Shown: positions 47,035-56,464 of the stretch, one piece after another
Numbering within the stretch: the first letter of the stretch is position 1
Layout of the letters: every line of letters starts with the position of its first letter
Source: an uncultured Gemmatimonadales bacterium
GTDB lineage: Bacteria; Gemmatimonadota; Gemmatimonadetes; Gemmatimonadales; GWC2-71-9
Assembly (NCBI GenBank): GCA_963779755.1
Contig: CAVZZO010000001.1
Location: 1,760,001-1,824,000, forward strand
Direction of reading: 5' to 3'
DNA: 64,000 nt
Notes under the pieces: generated by a model
Told to the model about the DNA's origin: nothing
The model's input: the letters and a program-made list of their open reading frames with translations, nothing else
Database searches by the model: none
Program-made: the position numbers and the translations under genes

Positions 47035-48893
47035 GCCGCTCGCGCCCGGTCTGGTGGCTGCTGCTCCTGGGAGCGCTTGGCGTGGGCGGCTCGCTCACCG
47101 GCATGGCCTGGAGCGGCGCGCGCTACCGCCGGTCGGTGCAGCGGGAGGCCGCAGGCCAGGCGGCGCAGGGTGCGGCCGGCTTCCTGTCGCTCACGGCGCC
47201 GGTCGATTCGGCGCGACGGTACGAGCCGCGCGCCCTCCTGGCGCTGTCGCACGCGCTGGCGGCCGACCCCGCCTGGCGCGCCGGGCTCCAGGTGTCCTGG
47301 CGCGGCGCCGCCCTGCTGCCCGACCGCGCCGGGTTGCTGCCGCTGAGCCGGCAGCATGAACGGCTCCTGGCGCAGGGGTATCGCCTGGTGCACCTGTCCC
47401 GGCCCGCGGCCGGGCAGGTTGCCGTGGCGCCGCTGCTCGACCGCGACCTGTGGGATGCCGTGGGCTGGGTGGCGGTCTGGGGCGCGCTGCCGCCGGCACC
47501 GGCGGCGGACGTCTTTCCCTGGCTGCTCTTCCTCGCCGCGCTGGGCGGCCTCGGCGTGGTGGCGCTGGCGCGGCCGGAGGCCTCGCGGCTCCTCCGGAGC
47601 GGCGCCGCCACCCTGGCCCTGGGAGCTGCGCTGAGCCTGGCGCTCCAGGCGGACACGGCGGGCGCGCGCCTGGCTGCCCGGGCGACCGATCTCTCACTCC
47701 AGCGCCTGCGGCACCTCACGGTGCTGGCGGCGCGGGACCGGTCAATGCCGGCGTCCCGCCTGAGCCGGCTCGCCCCCGGGCTCCGGTGGCGGCTGGTCGA
47801 CTCGGCGGCGGCGCCCGCGGAATCGGTGCGGCGCGGCGTCCGGGATGGCCAGCCAGTCGCAACGATTCAGGTGCCGCTCCCCAACGGTGGGGCGGTGGAG
47901 ATCGGCACGGTGCCGCTGGAAGACCGGCGCGATGGCTTTCGTGCCGCCCTGGCCGGCTGGCTGGTGTTGCTGGCGGCGATCCTGTTTCTGGTCCCGGCGG
48001 TCGCCCGCGCCCGCGCCGACCGGCTGGCATTCCGGCAGACCGCCGCCGCCTGGGGCTTCCTGGCGCCCGGCCTGGCGCATCTCGCGGTCTTTGCCTTCGG
48101 GCCGGTCGCGTTTGCGGTGTACCTCTCACTGCATCGCTGGGGACTGGTCGAGCCGGTGCGGCCCTGGGTGGGCCTGGCCAATTACCGGACGATCCTGGCC
48201 GACCCGCAGTTCTGGCACTCGCTGCGGGTCACCGGGGTGTACGCGCTGTACGTGCCGGTCACCATGGCACTGGCGCTGGCGGCGGCGCTGGCCCTGGAGC
48301 GGGGCGGTGTCCGGGTGCGGCTGGTGCGCACCATACTCTTCCTGCCGTTCATCTCGTCCGTCGTGGCGGTGGCGCTGGTGTGGCAGTGGATGTACCAGCC
48401 GGACTTCGGGCTGATCAACGCGGGGCTGCGCCTCCTGGGCTGGCGGGGGCCGGACTGGCTGGGCGATCCCCGGACCGCGCTGCTCGCCGTCATGGCAATG
48501 TCGGTCTGGGTGCATCTGGGCTATCAGATGGTGATTTTCCTGGCGGGCCTCCACGCGATTCCGCGGGAGTACCACGACGCGGCGCGGGTGGACGGCGCCC
48601 GCCCCTGGCAGCGCTTCCGCTATATCACCCTGCCGCTGCTCCGGCCGACCATTCTGTTCGTGCTGGTCACCGGCATCATCGTGTCCTTCCAGGTGTTTAC
48701 CTATATCGCGGTGATGACCGAGGGCGGCCCGCTCTACGCCACCGACGTGGTGGTGTACCGGATCTACCGGGAGGCCTGGGAGTTTCTCCGCTTCGGCACC
48801 GCCAGCGCCATGAGCCTGGTGCTGCTCGCCCTGCTGCTGGTGGTCACCTGGCTTCAGTTCCGCTGGTTGGGGAAGCATGTCGAGCTGGCCTAG
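47031..48893 (+). CDS. Carbohydrate ABC permease (MalF-like) with a ~330-aa N-terminal extension
   Basis: C-terminal FLAP, VGLANY, GLINA, WLGDP, DAARVDGA..WQRF..ITLP. Confidence 0.88.
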   Translation: MSRSRPVWWLLLLGALGVGGSLTGMAWSGARYRRSVQREAAGQAAQGAAGFLSLTAPVDSARRYEPRALLALSHALAADPAWRAGLQVSWRGAALLPDRAGLLPLSRQHERLLAQGYRLVHLSRPAAGQVAVAPLLDRDLWDAVGWVAVWGALPPAPAADVFPWLLFLAALGGLGVVALARPEASRLLRSGAATLALGAALSLALQADTAGARLAARATDLSLQRLRHLTVLAARDRSMPASRLSRLAPGLRWRLVDSAAAPAESVRRGVRDGQPVATIQVPLPNGGAVEIGTVPLEDRRDGFRAALAGWLVLLAAILFLVPAVARARADRLAFRQTAAAWGFLAPGLAHLAVFAFGPVAFAVYLSLHRWGLVEPVRPWVGLANYRTILADPQFWHSLRVTGVYALYVPVTMALALAAALALERGGVRVRLVRTILFLPFISSVVAVALVWQWMYQPDFGLINAGLRLLGWRGPDWLGDPRTALLAVMAMSVWVHLGYQMVIFLAGLHAIPREYHDAARVDGARPWQRFRYITLPLLRPTILFVLVTGIIVSFQVFTYIAVMTEGGPLYATDVVVYRIYREAWEFLRFGTASAMSLVLLALLLVVTWLQFRWLGKHVELA

Positions 48894-49695
48894 GCGCGCC
48901 GGCAGCCGCGGGCTGGTCCTGCTGCTGGTGCTCTCGGCGCTGGCGCCATTCTTCGTGATGGTGGCCACCAGCCTGATGCAGGAGTTCGAGGTCTTCCGCC
49001 AGCCGCCGCCGTTGCTGCCGGGCTCGCCCCAGTGGAGCAACTACCCGCGGGCCCTCACGGCCTTCCCCTTCGGCCGGTTCTTTCTCAACTCGCTGATCTT
49101 CGCGGTGGCCGTGGTGGCAGGGCAGGTGAGCACCGCCGCCCTGGCCGGCTACGCCTTTGCCCGGCTCCGCTTCCCGGGCCGCGACCGGCTGTTTCAGCTT
49201 ACGCTGTCGCTGCTCATGGTCCCGGTGGTGGTGCTGCTCATCCCCCGGTTCCTCCTGATCAACGCGCTGGGGTGGGTGGATACCCTGCACGGTATGATCG
49301 TCACCGAGCTGGTGTCGGTCTGGGGGATCTTCCTGCTGCGGCAGTCGTTCCTGTCCCTGCCGCGCGACCTGGAAGACGCCGCCCGGCTGGACGGGGCGGG
49401 AGAATGGTCCATCTTCTGGTATATCGCCTTGCCCACTGTCCGGCCGGCGCTCGCCACGCTGGCGCTCTTCGCCTTCGTGGACGCCTGGAAGAACTATCTC
49501 TGGCCCCTCATCGCCACCCGTTCGCTGGACCGGCGCACCGTGGAGGTCGGAGTGGCCTCGTTCCACGGATTCTATTACTCCAACTGGCCGCTCCAGATGG
49601 CGGCGGCGGTCACCGCGGTGGTCCCGCTGCTGATCGTCTTCCTCCTGGCCCAGCGCTATTTCATCCGTGGGATACAGTTGTCGGGGTTCAAGTAG
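48877..49695 (+). CDS. Carbohydrate ABC permease (MalG-like)
   Basis: WSNY, FLNS, AGYAFARLRF.G, FLLRQ.F..LP..LEDAARLDGA. Confidence 0.93.
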   Translation: MSSWPRRAGSRGLVLLLVLSALAPFFVMVATSLMQEFEVFRQPPPLLPGSPQWSNYPRALTAFPFGRFFLNSLIFAVAVVAGQVSTAALAGYAFARLRFPGRDRLFQLTLSLLMVPVVVLLIPRFLLINALGWVDTLHGMIVTELVSVWGIFLLRQSFLSLPRDLEDAARLDGAGEWSIFWYIALPTVRPALATLALFAFVDAWKNYLWPLIATRSLDRRTVEVGVASFHGFYYSNWPLQMAAAVTAVVPLLIVFLLAQRYFIRGIQLSGFK

Positions 49696-49696
49696 T

Positions 49697-49785
49697 CTCG
49701 ACCCCCTCGACCCCCCTCGACCTGCCCGAGAGGTCGATGACGTCGATGCGATCGAGAAAGTCAAAGAGGGTCGAGAGGGTCGAGG
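49697..49785. repeat. Palindromic array of CTCGACCCC/GGGTCGAG 9-10-mers
   Basis: ctcgaccccc ctcgacccccc ctcgacc ... gtcga units ... gggtcgagagggtcgag; related hairpin at 53575-53607. Confidence 0.75.
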
Positions 49786-49811
49786 ACCATTAGATTCAGC
49801 CCGGCTGCCCC

Positions 49812-51365
49812 ATGACCATTCCATCCGTTCCTCCTACCGGCCTCGCCCTCCTGGGCGCCGTGGCCCGCCTGCTCAACTCGGGCCAGGCGGCGGAAGATGC
49901 GTTGGCTCAGGCGGCCGAGCTCCTGCGTGCCGGCCTGCCGGCCGAACGGGTGGGCATCTGGATGCGGGAGCCGAATGCCAGCACCTTCCGGGGGCTGGTG
50001 GCCCCGGCAGAGGAGGCCGGCAGCGCCGGGCCCGGGCCCTGGCGCGGCCGGCGCGCGGTGCCCGAGCGGCCGCCGGAGGCGGAGCGAGTCCACCTGGTGC
50101 ATGAAGGCGAGTGGCTCGGCGTGCTGGACGCGTCGGTGGCGCCGGAGCGGCGGGAGCGTGCGGCCGGCCTCCTCCAGGTGATGGGTGACGTACTGGCGCC
50201 CTATCTGGCGTCGATCGAGCTCTCCGAGGACCTGGCCCATGAGGTGGCGCTGCGGGCGCGGGAGATCGAATCGCAACGGCGGTTCATCAGTCTGGTGATC
50301 GACACCCTGCCGGTGGGCCTCTACGTTGTGGACCGCGACTACCGGATTCACCTCTGGAACCGCAAGCGCGAGGCGGGGACCCAGGGGCTGCCCCGGGAAG
50401 ATGTCATGGGGCGCTCGGTGTTTGATGTTCTTACCCGCCAGCCCGCGGGGGAGCTGAAGGCCGAGTTCGACGAGGTCTTCCGTACCGGCGAAATCCGCCA
50501 GCTGGAGCTGGATGTCGGCAGCGGCGCCGGGCGTCGCACCTTCCGGATCAGCAAGATTCCCATGCGCCTGGAGGGAGACGACGTCACCCACGTGCTCACC
50601 CTGGGCGAAGACGTGACCCGGTGGCGCCAGGCGCAGCAGCAGGTGATGCAGAGCGAGAAGCTCGCCGCCATCGGCCAGTTGGCCGCGGGCGTCATGCACG
50701 AGATCAACAACCCGCTGGCCACCATCAGCGTCTGCGTCAGCGCACTCGAGGCCAGGCTCGAGGCGCTGGCCCGGAACGCGCAGGGCGATTTCCGGGAATA
50801 CCTGCAGGTCATCGAGAAGGAGGTGGAGCGCTGCACCCGCATCGTCGACGGGTTGCTGGACTTCAGCCGGCCCAAGGCGGCGAGGAAGCGGCGGCTCGAT
50901 CTCCACGTCCTGCTGGAGGAGACGCTGTTTCTCCTCAAGCACCACAAGGGATTCCGCAAGCTGCAGGTGGACCGCAGCTTCGATCCCGGGTTGCCCCCGG
51001 TGTTAGGCAACGGCGACCAGCTCACCCAGGTGTTCATCGCCCTGGCGCTGAACGCGGTGGACGCCATGGAGCGGGGCGGCCGCCTGGGGCTGCGCACCTC
51101 CCGGGCCGACGCCGAGGGGCCGTTCGTCCGGGTGGCTATCGAGGACTCGGGCGTGGGCATTCCGCCCGAAGATCTCACCCGGATCTTCGAGCCGTTCTAC
51201 ACCACCAAACCGCAGGGCCGCGGCACCGGGCTCGGCTTGTCCATCTGCTACGGCATTGTTGCCGAGCACGGGGGGCGAATTACGGTCGAGAGCACCCCCG
51301 GACGGGGGAGCGTGTTTACGGTCTGGCTGCCGGTGGAAGGTGAAGCCGTGAGAGGTGAGGCGTAA
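49812..51365 (+). CDS. Cytoplasmic GAF-PAS sensor histidine kinase (NtrB-like)
   Basis: EKLAAIGQLAAGVMHEINNPL, QVF..L..NA.DAM, DSGVGI, FEPFYTTK..GTGLGL. Confidence 0.93.
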   Translation: MTIPSVPPTGLALLGAVARLLNSGQAAEDALAQAAELLRAGLPAERVGIWMREPNASTFRGLVAPAEEAGSAGPGPWRGRRAVPERPPEAERVHLVHEGEWLGVLDASVAPERRERAAGLLQVMGDVLAPYLASIELSEDLAHEVALRAREIESQRRFISLVIDTLPVGLYVVDRDYRIHLWNRKREAGTQGLPREDVMGRSVFDVLTRQPAGELKAEFDEVFRTGEIRQLELDVGSGAGRRTFRISKIPMRLEGDDVTHVLTLGEDVTRWRQAQQQVMQSEKLAAIGQLAAGVMHEINNPLATISVCVSALEARLEALARNAQGDFREYLQVIEKEVERCTRIVDGLLDFSRPKAARKRRLDLHVLLEETLFLLKHHKGFRKLQVDRSFDPGLPPVLGNGDQLTQVFIALALNAVDAMERGGRLGLRTSRADAEGPFVRVAIEDSGVGIPPEDLTRIFEPFYTTKPQGRGTGLGLSICYGIVAEHGGRITVESTPGRGSVFTVWLPVEGEAVRGEA

Positions 51366-51421
51366 GGGGCCAGTGAGGGCCGAGGGGAGTCGAGCATGAG
51401 ATTCAGCGTGCGAGCAGCTCC

Positions 51422-52105
51422 GTGAAGATCCTCGTCATCGAAGACGACCACACGGTTGGCGAATACGTCAAGCGCGGCCTGGAAGAGCAGCGGTACCACG
51501 CCGATCTGGTCGCTGACGGGCTGGAGGGCCTGCGCATGGCCTCCAGCGGCGTCTATGATCTGCTGGTGCTCGACCTGCGTCTGCCGGGCATGAACGGCCT
51601 GGAACTGGTGCGCACCCTGCGCGATCGGGGCAAGACCACCCCGATCCTGGTGCTCACCGCGCAGGACTCGGTGGATTTCAAGGTCCAGGCCCTGCGGGCC
51701 GGGGCGGACGATTACGTGACCAAGCCGTTCGCCTTCGAGGAACTGCTGGCGCGGGTGGAGGCGGTGAGCCGCCGCCCCGCACAGATGGCGCCCCCGGTCC
51801 ACCGCGTGGCCGATCTGGAGCTGGATACCGGTACCCGGGAGGTGCGCCGCGCCGGGCGGCGGCTCGATCTCACGCCCAAGGAATACGCGGTGCTGGAGTA
51901 CCTGATTCGCCACCCCGGCCGCGTCATGTCCCGCACCCTGATTACCGAGTATGCCTGGGACTACCACTTCGATCCCGGCACCAACATCGTGGACGTGGTG
52001 ATCAACCGGTTGCGCAAGAAGATCGACTCGGGCTTCCCGGTGAAGCTGATTCACACGGTGCGCGGCGTGGGCTACGTGCTCAAGGCCGGCGAGCGCGAGC
52101 GGTGA
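51422..52105 (+). CDS. OmpR-family response regulator (CusR/CzcR-like)
   Basis: ILVIEDD, LDLRLPG, GADDYVTKPF, LTPKEY, WDYHFD..TNIVDV...LRKKID, HTVRGVGY. Confidence 0.95.
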   Translation: MKILVIEDDHTVGEYVKRGLEEQRYHADLVADGLEGLRMASSGVYDLLVLDLRLPGMNGLELVRTLRDRGKTTPILVLTAQDSVDFKVQALRAGADDYVTKPFAFEELLARVEAVSRRPAQMAPPVHRVADLELDTGTREVRRAGRRLDLTPKEYAVLEYLIRHPGRVMSRTLITEYAWDYHFDPGTNIVDVVINRLRKKIDSGFPVKLIHTVRGVGYVLKAGERER

Positions 52106-52121
52106 GGCCGGGGCGCACGCC

Positions 52122-53570
52122 GTGAATACCATTCGCGGCCGCCTGACGGTGTGGTTCACCGGCGCGATGGCGGTGGTGCTCCTTGCCTTCGGGTCCGCCC
52201 TGGTGTACGAACGGCGGCGGCCCAGCGAACAGGAGCTGGACCAGCGCCTGGCCAGCGAGCTGCAGTACGCCGAAGAATCGCTCACCGAGTCGCACCGGGT
52301 GCTGGGGCAGCTGACGACCGTCCAGGACAGCACCCGGATGCTGGCCGGCAGCGTCACCTCCCCGTTCGAATCCACCCGCGATCTGATCCTGATCGCCGAC
52401 AGCACCGGCCGCCTGCTCTTCGCCAACGCCAGCGCCCGCCAGCTGCAATACGACGCGCTGATCCGGCTCCTCGACCTCATCACGCCCATTCCGGAGCCGG
52501 TGCGCAACGGCTACGTGGCGCTGCCGCCCCCGGCCGGCCGGCTCCGCTATCTGGCGGCGCGCGACAGCACCGCCGGCCTCGAGGTCGCCGCCATGCTGGT
52601 GGCGACCCCGACCGACACACCCACCCTGGAGCCGGAACACCTGATCCGCTCCATGCTGGCCGTCGCGCCGGTGGTGCTGCTCTTCACGGTGGGTATCGGC
52701 TACTGGCTGGCCGGCACCGCGCTCCAGCCGCTGCGGGAGATCATGGACGAGGTCGGCGCCATTACCGACGGCCGCAGCCTGCACCGGCGCGTCATGGTGC
52801 CGGTCGGCGCCGAAGAGCTGGCCGGGCTCGCCGTGACCCTGAACGGCATGCTGGCGCGCCTGGAACAGAGCTTCGCCAGCCTGCGCCGCTTCACTGCCGA
52901 CGCCAGCCACGAGCTGCGCACGCCCCTCATGGTGGTCCGTGCCGGCGTGGAGCGCGCGCTCACCGCCTCCCAGACCCCGCCCGAGATCCTCTCCACTCTG
53001 GATGAGACGCTGAATCAGGTCAATCGCATGAGCGAGCTGGTCGACACGCTGCTCATGCTGGCCCGGGCGGATGAAGGACGCGCCAGCCTCGCCCTGAAGG
53101 AGACCGATCTGCATGCGCTGGCCGCCGATGCGGTGGAGACCGCCGGCATGCTGGGCGAGGCCGCGGGTGTTACCGCCTCGGCGGAACTGCCGGAAGGGCC
53201 GCTGCTGCTGCCGGTAGACCGGGGCCGCATCCAGCAGCTCCTGCTCAACCTGATTACCAATGCCGTGAAGTACACGCCCGCCGGCGGCACCGTCACGGTG
53301 GGCCTGGCAGACCGCGGCGACCAGGTCGCCCTCTGGGTCCAGGATACCGGCATCGGCATCGCGGCCGGCGACCTGCCCCAGATCTTTTCCCGCTTCTGGC
53401 GAGCGGACGTGGCGCGGACCCGCGGCGCGGAACACGGCGGCTGGGGCCTGGGGCTCGCCATCTGCAAATGGATCGCGGAGGCGCACGGCGGCAGCATCAA
53501 CGTGCAGAGCCGGCCGGGGCGGGGCACGATCTTTACCGTGCTGCTGCCGAAGCAACCCCCGACGTCCTAG
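52122..53570 (+). CDS. Membrane HAMP sensor histidine kinase (CusS/CzcS-like)
   Basis: Two TMs; RRFTADASHELRTPL, NLITNAVKYT, DTGIGI, GLGLAI. Confidence 0.94.
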   Translation: MNTIRGRLTVWFTGAMAVVLLAFGSALVYERRRPSEQELDQRLASELQYAEESLTESHRVLGQLTTVQDSTRMLAGSVTSPFESTRDLILIADSTGRLLFANASARQLQYDALIRLLDLITPIPEPVRNGYVALPPPAGRLRYLAARDSTAGLEVAAMLVATPTDTPTLEPEHLIRSMLAVAPVVLLFTVGIGYWLAGTALQPLREIMDEVGAITDGRSLHRRVMVPVGAEELAGLAVTLNGMLARLEQSFASLRRFTADASHELRTPLMVVRAGVERALTASQTPPEILSTLDETLNQVNRMSELVDTLLMLARADEGRASLALKETDLHALAADAVETAGMLGEAAGVTASAELPEGPLLLPVDRGRIQQLLLNLITNAVKYTPAGGTVTVGLADRGDQVALWVQDTGIGIAAGDLPQIFSRFWRADVARTRGAEHGGWGLGLAICKWIAEAHGGSINVQSRPGRGTIFTVLLPKQPPTS

Positions 53571-53574
53571 GTCT

Positions 53575-53607
53575 CCTCGACCCCTCGCTTTCCTTGAGGG
53601 GTCGAGG
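53575..53607 (+). terminator. Hairpin after the kinase (CTCGACCCC family)
   Basis: CCTCGACCCCTC-9 nt-GAGGGGTCGAGG, perfect 12-bp stem. Confidence 0.55.
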
Positions 53608-53626
53608 CGGGACAAACCCAACCCGC

Positions 53627-53644
53627 CTGCAATCGAATTGTCAT
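53627..53644 (+). promoter_or_regulatory. Candidate OmpR/PhoB-type direct-repeat box upstream of the first tonB
   Basis: CTGCAATCGAATTGTCAT (TGCAAT/TGTCAT, 11-bp period). Confidence 0.45.
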
Positions 53645-53712
53645 CCGGCTCCAATGCGGTGGTCAGGTGGCGGGCGTATCTCTGGAGTGACCCCAGTCCC
53701 GGGAGGCTCCGA

Positions 53713-54369
53713 ATGCGCCTGGTTCTTTCTTCTTCTCCTCCAAGGCGGCAGCCGTTCGCCGCCGCGCTGGCGCTGGCGGTTCATGCCGGAGTGATCACGG
53801 CCCTCTTGGGCCGCGCGGCAGCTCCCGTGCCCTCTTCGACCGCGCCGGATCCGGCCATACCCCTGCCGCTCTGGCCCGCCGAGCTTGACACCGGGAGCCC
53901 CGGCGCCCCGGCAGGCGCTCCGGCCACCCTGGAGACGCTCCTTCCCGCGCCCGCGCCCCTGGCCGGACCGGGGCCGGTCATCTCCCCGCTCCCGCTGCCG
54001 CCGGGAGTTGGTTCCGGGAACCCGACAGGCCCGGTGGGTCTGCCGGGGAGGATCTCGGGCGGACCGGTACGCTGGGACCACGTTCTGGCCGACCAGGAAG
54101 TGCAGCCGCCGAGGATGCTGGATAGCCTGGAGCTGCCGTTTCCGCCGGGGGCGCGCGGCGGGCTGGTAGAAGTAGAGTACGTGATTACCACCACCGGCCG
54201 AGTCGACCTTTCCTCTTATCATGTAATGGGCAATCCGGACTCCGCGCTGGCCGCCGCTGTCCGGGGCGCCTTGGCGGTGGCGAGATTCCGGCCTGCGCTG
54301 CGCGGTGACCGGCCGGTCAGGAGCGTGGTTCGGCAGCGTTTCCGGTTTGAGCGGCAGGAAAGGCGCTGA
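53713..54369 (+). CDS. TonB-family protein (divergent)
   Basis: TM with LAVHA, Pro-rich linker, G.V.VEYVI...GRV, ARFRPA...PV. Confidence 0.75.
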   Translation: MRLVLSSSPPRRQPFAAALALAVHAGVITALLGRAAAPVPSSTAPDPAIPLPLWPAELDTGSPGAPAGAPATLETLLPAPAPLAGPGPVISPLPLPPGVGSGNPTGPVGLPGRISGGPVRWDHVLADQEVQPPRMLDSLELPFPPGARGGLVEVEYVITTTGRVDLSSYHVMGNPDSALAAAVRGALAVARFRPALRGDRPVRSVVRQRFRFERQERR

Positions 54370-54394
54370 AAACGGGCGGCGTTCGCTAATGCGA

Positions 54395-54412
54395 ATGTCA
54401 TGGAATTGTAAT
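54395..54412 (+). promoter_or_regulatory. Candidate OmpR/PhoB-type direct-repeat box upstream of tonB-exbB-exbD
   Basis: ATGTCATGGAATTGTAAT (TGTCAT/TGTAAT, 11-bp period). Confidence 0.5.
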
Positions 54413-54482
54413 CTTCGGGCCAGCCTGGAATTATCCGGCCCTGCTTAACTACAGTCCCATACTCGGTCGTCTGGGAGGCGCC

Positions 54483-55184
54483 GTGTTTGATACCCTGATC
54501 GAATCGAAACGCAAGCGACAGAAGTCGCTGGGCCAGACGTTCTTCTCACTGGCCTTTCATGCGCTGCTGATCTTCGGGCTGGTGAAGGTCACGGCCAATG
54601 CCGCGCAGCGGGTGCAGGAGATCAACGAAGACACCACGCTGGTCTTTCTGGAGCCGCCGAAGGAAACGCCGCCGCCGCCGGAGCAGCCGCCGCCGGATCA
54701 GATCGTGAGCGCCAATCCGCCACCCAAAGGGTTCCAGACGGTGGTGGCCCTGACGGAGATCCCCAAGGAAATTCCGCCCGTCAACCTGAACGAGAAGCCC
54801 ATCGATCCCAAGGACTTCACGGGGAAGGGCGTGGAGGGCGGCATCGCGGCGGGGATCGTCGGCGGCACCGGGCCGGTAGAGATCACCGGCGAGACGTTCC
54901 TGGAGGCGCAGGTGGACGAGCCCCCCACCCGGCTCTCGGGTCCCGAGCCCCGGTTCCCACCGGCCATGAAGGCCGCGGGCATTCCCGGCCGGGTGGAGCT
55001 GCAGTTCGTGGTAGACAAGGACGGCAAGGTGGAGACCGGGTCGCTCAAGGTGCTGAGCAGCACCAACCCGGCGTTCGAGGAGCCGGCCAAGGAGGCCATT
55101 CTCAAGAGTGTCTATCGTCCCGGCAAGGTGAAGGGCACGCCGGTCCGGGTGCTGGTGCAGCAGGCGGTGAGCTTCAAGATCTGA
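54483..55184 (+). CDS. tonB: Energy transducer TonB
   Basis: SLAFH TM motif, Pro-rich region, P.FP......GIPGRVELQFVVDKDGKV. Confidence 0.92.
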   Translation: MFDTLIESKRKRQKSLGQTFFSLAFHALLIFGLVKVTANAAQRVQEINEDTTLVFLEPPKETPPPPEQPPPDQIVSANPPPKGFQTVVALTEIPKEIPPVNLNEKPIDPKDFTGKGVEGGIAAGIVGGTGPVEITGETFLEAQVDEPPTRLSGPEPRFPPAMKAAGIPGRVELQFVVDKDGKVETGSLKVLSSTNPAFEEPAKEAILKSVYRPGKVKGTPVRVLVQQAVSFKI

Positions 55185-55245
55185 CGGCGGTTCGCCGCCA
55201 TCCGGAAGGCCGAGCAGACAGGTTCACTTCGAGGAGATTCACAAC

Positions 55246-55995
55246 ATGCAACTGGATCTATTGCAGCTGTTTCAGCAGACGGGATGGTTCGCGCGGGGCG
55301 TGATCATCGTGTTGGGGATCATGTCCATCTACTCGCTGACCATCGTCTTCACCAAGCTGGTGCAGTTCGGCCGCAGTGCCTCGGCCACGCGGAAGTTTGC
55401 GCCCGAGTTCTCCCGGGCCATTCAGGAAGAGCAGCTGGAGCAGGCCATCAAGCTGGCCGAGACCCACAAGAAGAGCCACGTGGCCCGGGTGCTGGGCGAC
55501 GCGCTCTCCGAGGTGAAGCCGCTGCTGCGGGACCGGGCGACCATCACGTCGGCCGACATCAATTCAGCCGAGCGGGCGGTAGAGCGGCAGATGCTGCTCG
55601 TGCTCTCGGAGTTGCGGCGCCAGTTGGCGGTTCTGGCCACGGTGGGCGCCACGGCGCCGTTTGTCGGCCTGCTGGGTACCACGATGGGCATCGTGAACTC
55701 CTTTACGGGCATGGCCGCGGCGGGCGCGTCGGGCGGCCTGGCGGGGATTTCGGCCGGTATCGCCGAGGCGCTGATCACCACGGCGTTCGGCCTGATCGTG
55801 GCCATTCCGGCGGTGTGGGCCTACAACTACTTCACCACCAAGCTGGAGTACTTCACGGCCGAGATGACCTACACCTCGAAGGAGCTGATCGACTACCTCA
55901 TCAAGAGCGTGGGCAGCGAGTTCGGGCGGTCGATCTTCACCAAGGAATTCCAGGCCCAGAAAGCGGTGAGCGGCAGTGGCAATATCCACGGGTAG
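55246..55995 (+). CDS. exbB: MotA/TolQ/ExbB proton channel
   Basis: LATVGATAPFVGLLGTTMGI, GIAEALITTAFGLIVAIPA. Confidence 0.95.
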   Translation: MQLDLLQLFQQTGWFARGVIIVLGIMSIYSLTIVFTKLVQFGRSASATRKFAPEFSRAIQEEQLEQAIKLAETHKKSHVARVLGDALSEVKPLLRDRATITSADINSAERAVERQMLLVLSELRRQLAVLATVGATAPFVGLLGTTMGIVNSFTGMAAAGASGGLAGISAGIAEALITTAFGLIVAIPAVWAYNYFTTKLEYFTAEMTYTSKELIDYLIKSVGSEFGRSIFTKEFQAQKAVSGSGNIHG

Positions 55996-56410
55996 CGGCG
56001 GAGCGGTGAATTCGGACATCAACGTGACGCCGATGATCGACGTCATGCTGGTGCTCCTGATCATCTTCATGATCGTCACCCCGCTCATCGCCGCCGGCTT
56101 CAAGGCGACCTTGCCGGTGGGCGAGCATCTCCAGAAGGATCCGGAGGAGAAGGACGAGGTCGTGCTCGGAATCGACGCGTCGGGGCGGTACTTCCTCGAC
56201 GGACACGCGATCTCCGACGAGGCCCTGGGCGACCAGCTCAAGGCGATCTACGCCACCCGGGAGAAGGACAAGGTCCTGTACTTCAAGGCCGACAACAAGC
56301 TGCGGTACGGCCGGATTCAGCAGGCGGTGGAGCTGGCCCGCGGCGCCGGCGTCCGGGTGCTGGCGGCTGTGACGGAGCCCAAACGCGGCTTGCTGGAGAC
56401 CGGGAAGTAA
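55976..56410 (+). CDS. exbD: ExbD/TolR family protein
   Basis: DINVTPMIDVMLVLLIIFM, FKAD..L.YG. Confidence 0.94.
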   Translation: MAISTGSGGAVNSDINVTPMIDVMLVLLIIFMIVTPLIAAGFKATLPVGEHLQKDPEEKDEVVLGIDASGRYFLDGHAISDEALGDQLKAIYATREKDKVLYFKADNKLRYGRIQQAVELARGAGVRVLAAVTEPKRGLLETGK

Positions 56411-56464
56411 CGGTGATGGGGCCCGCCCTCCGGGGCGGGCGCATCCTTCGGAGGAATCGAGCGC

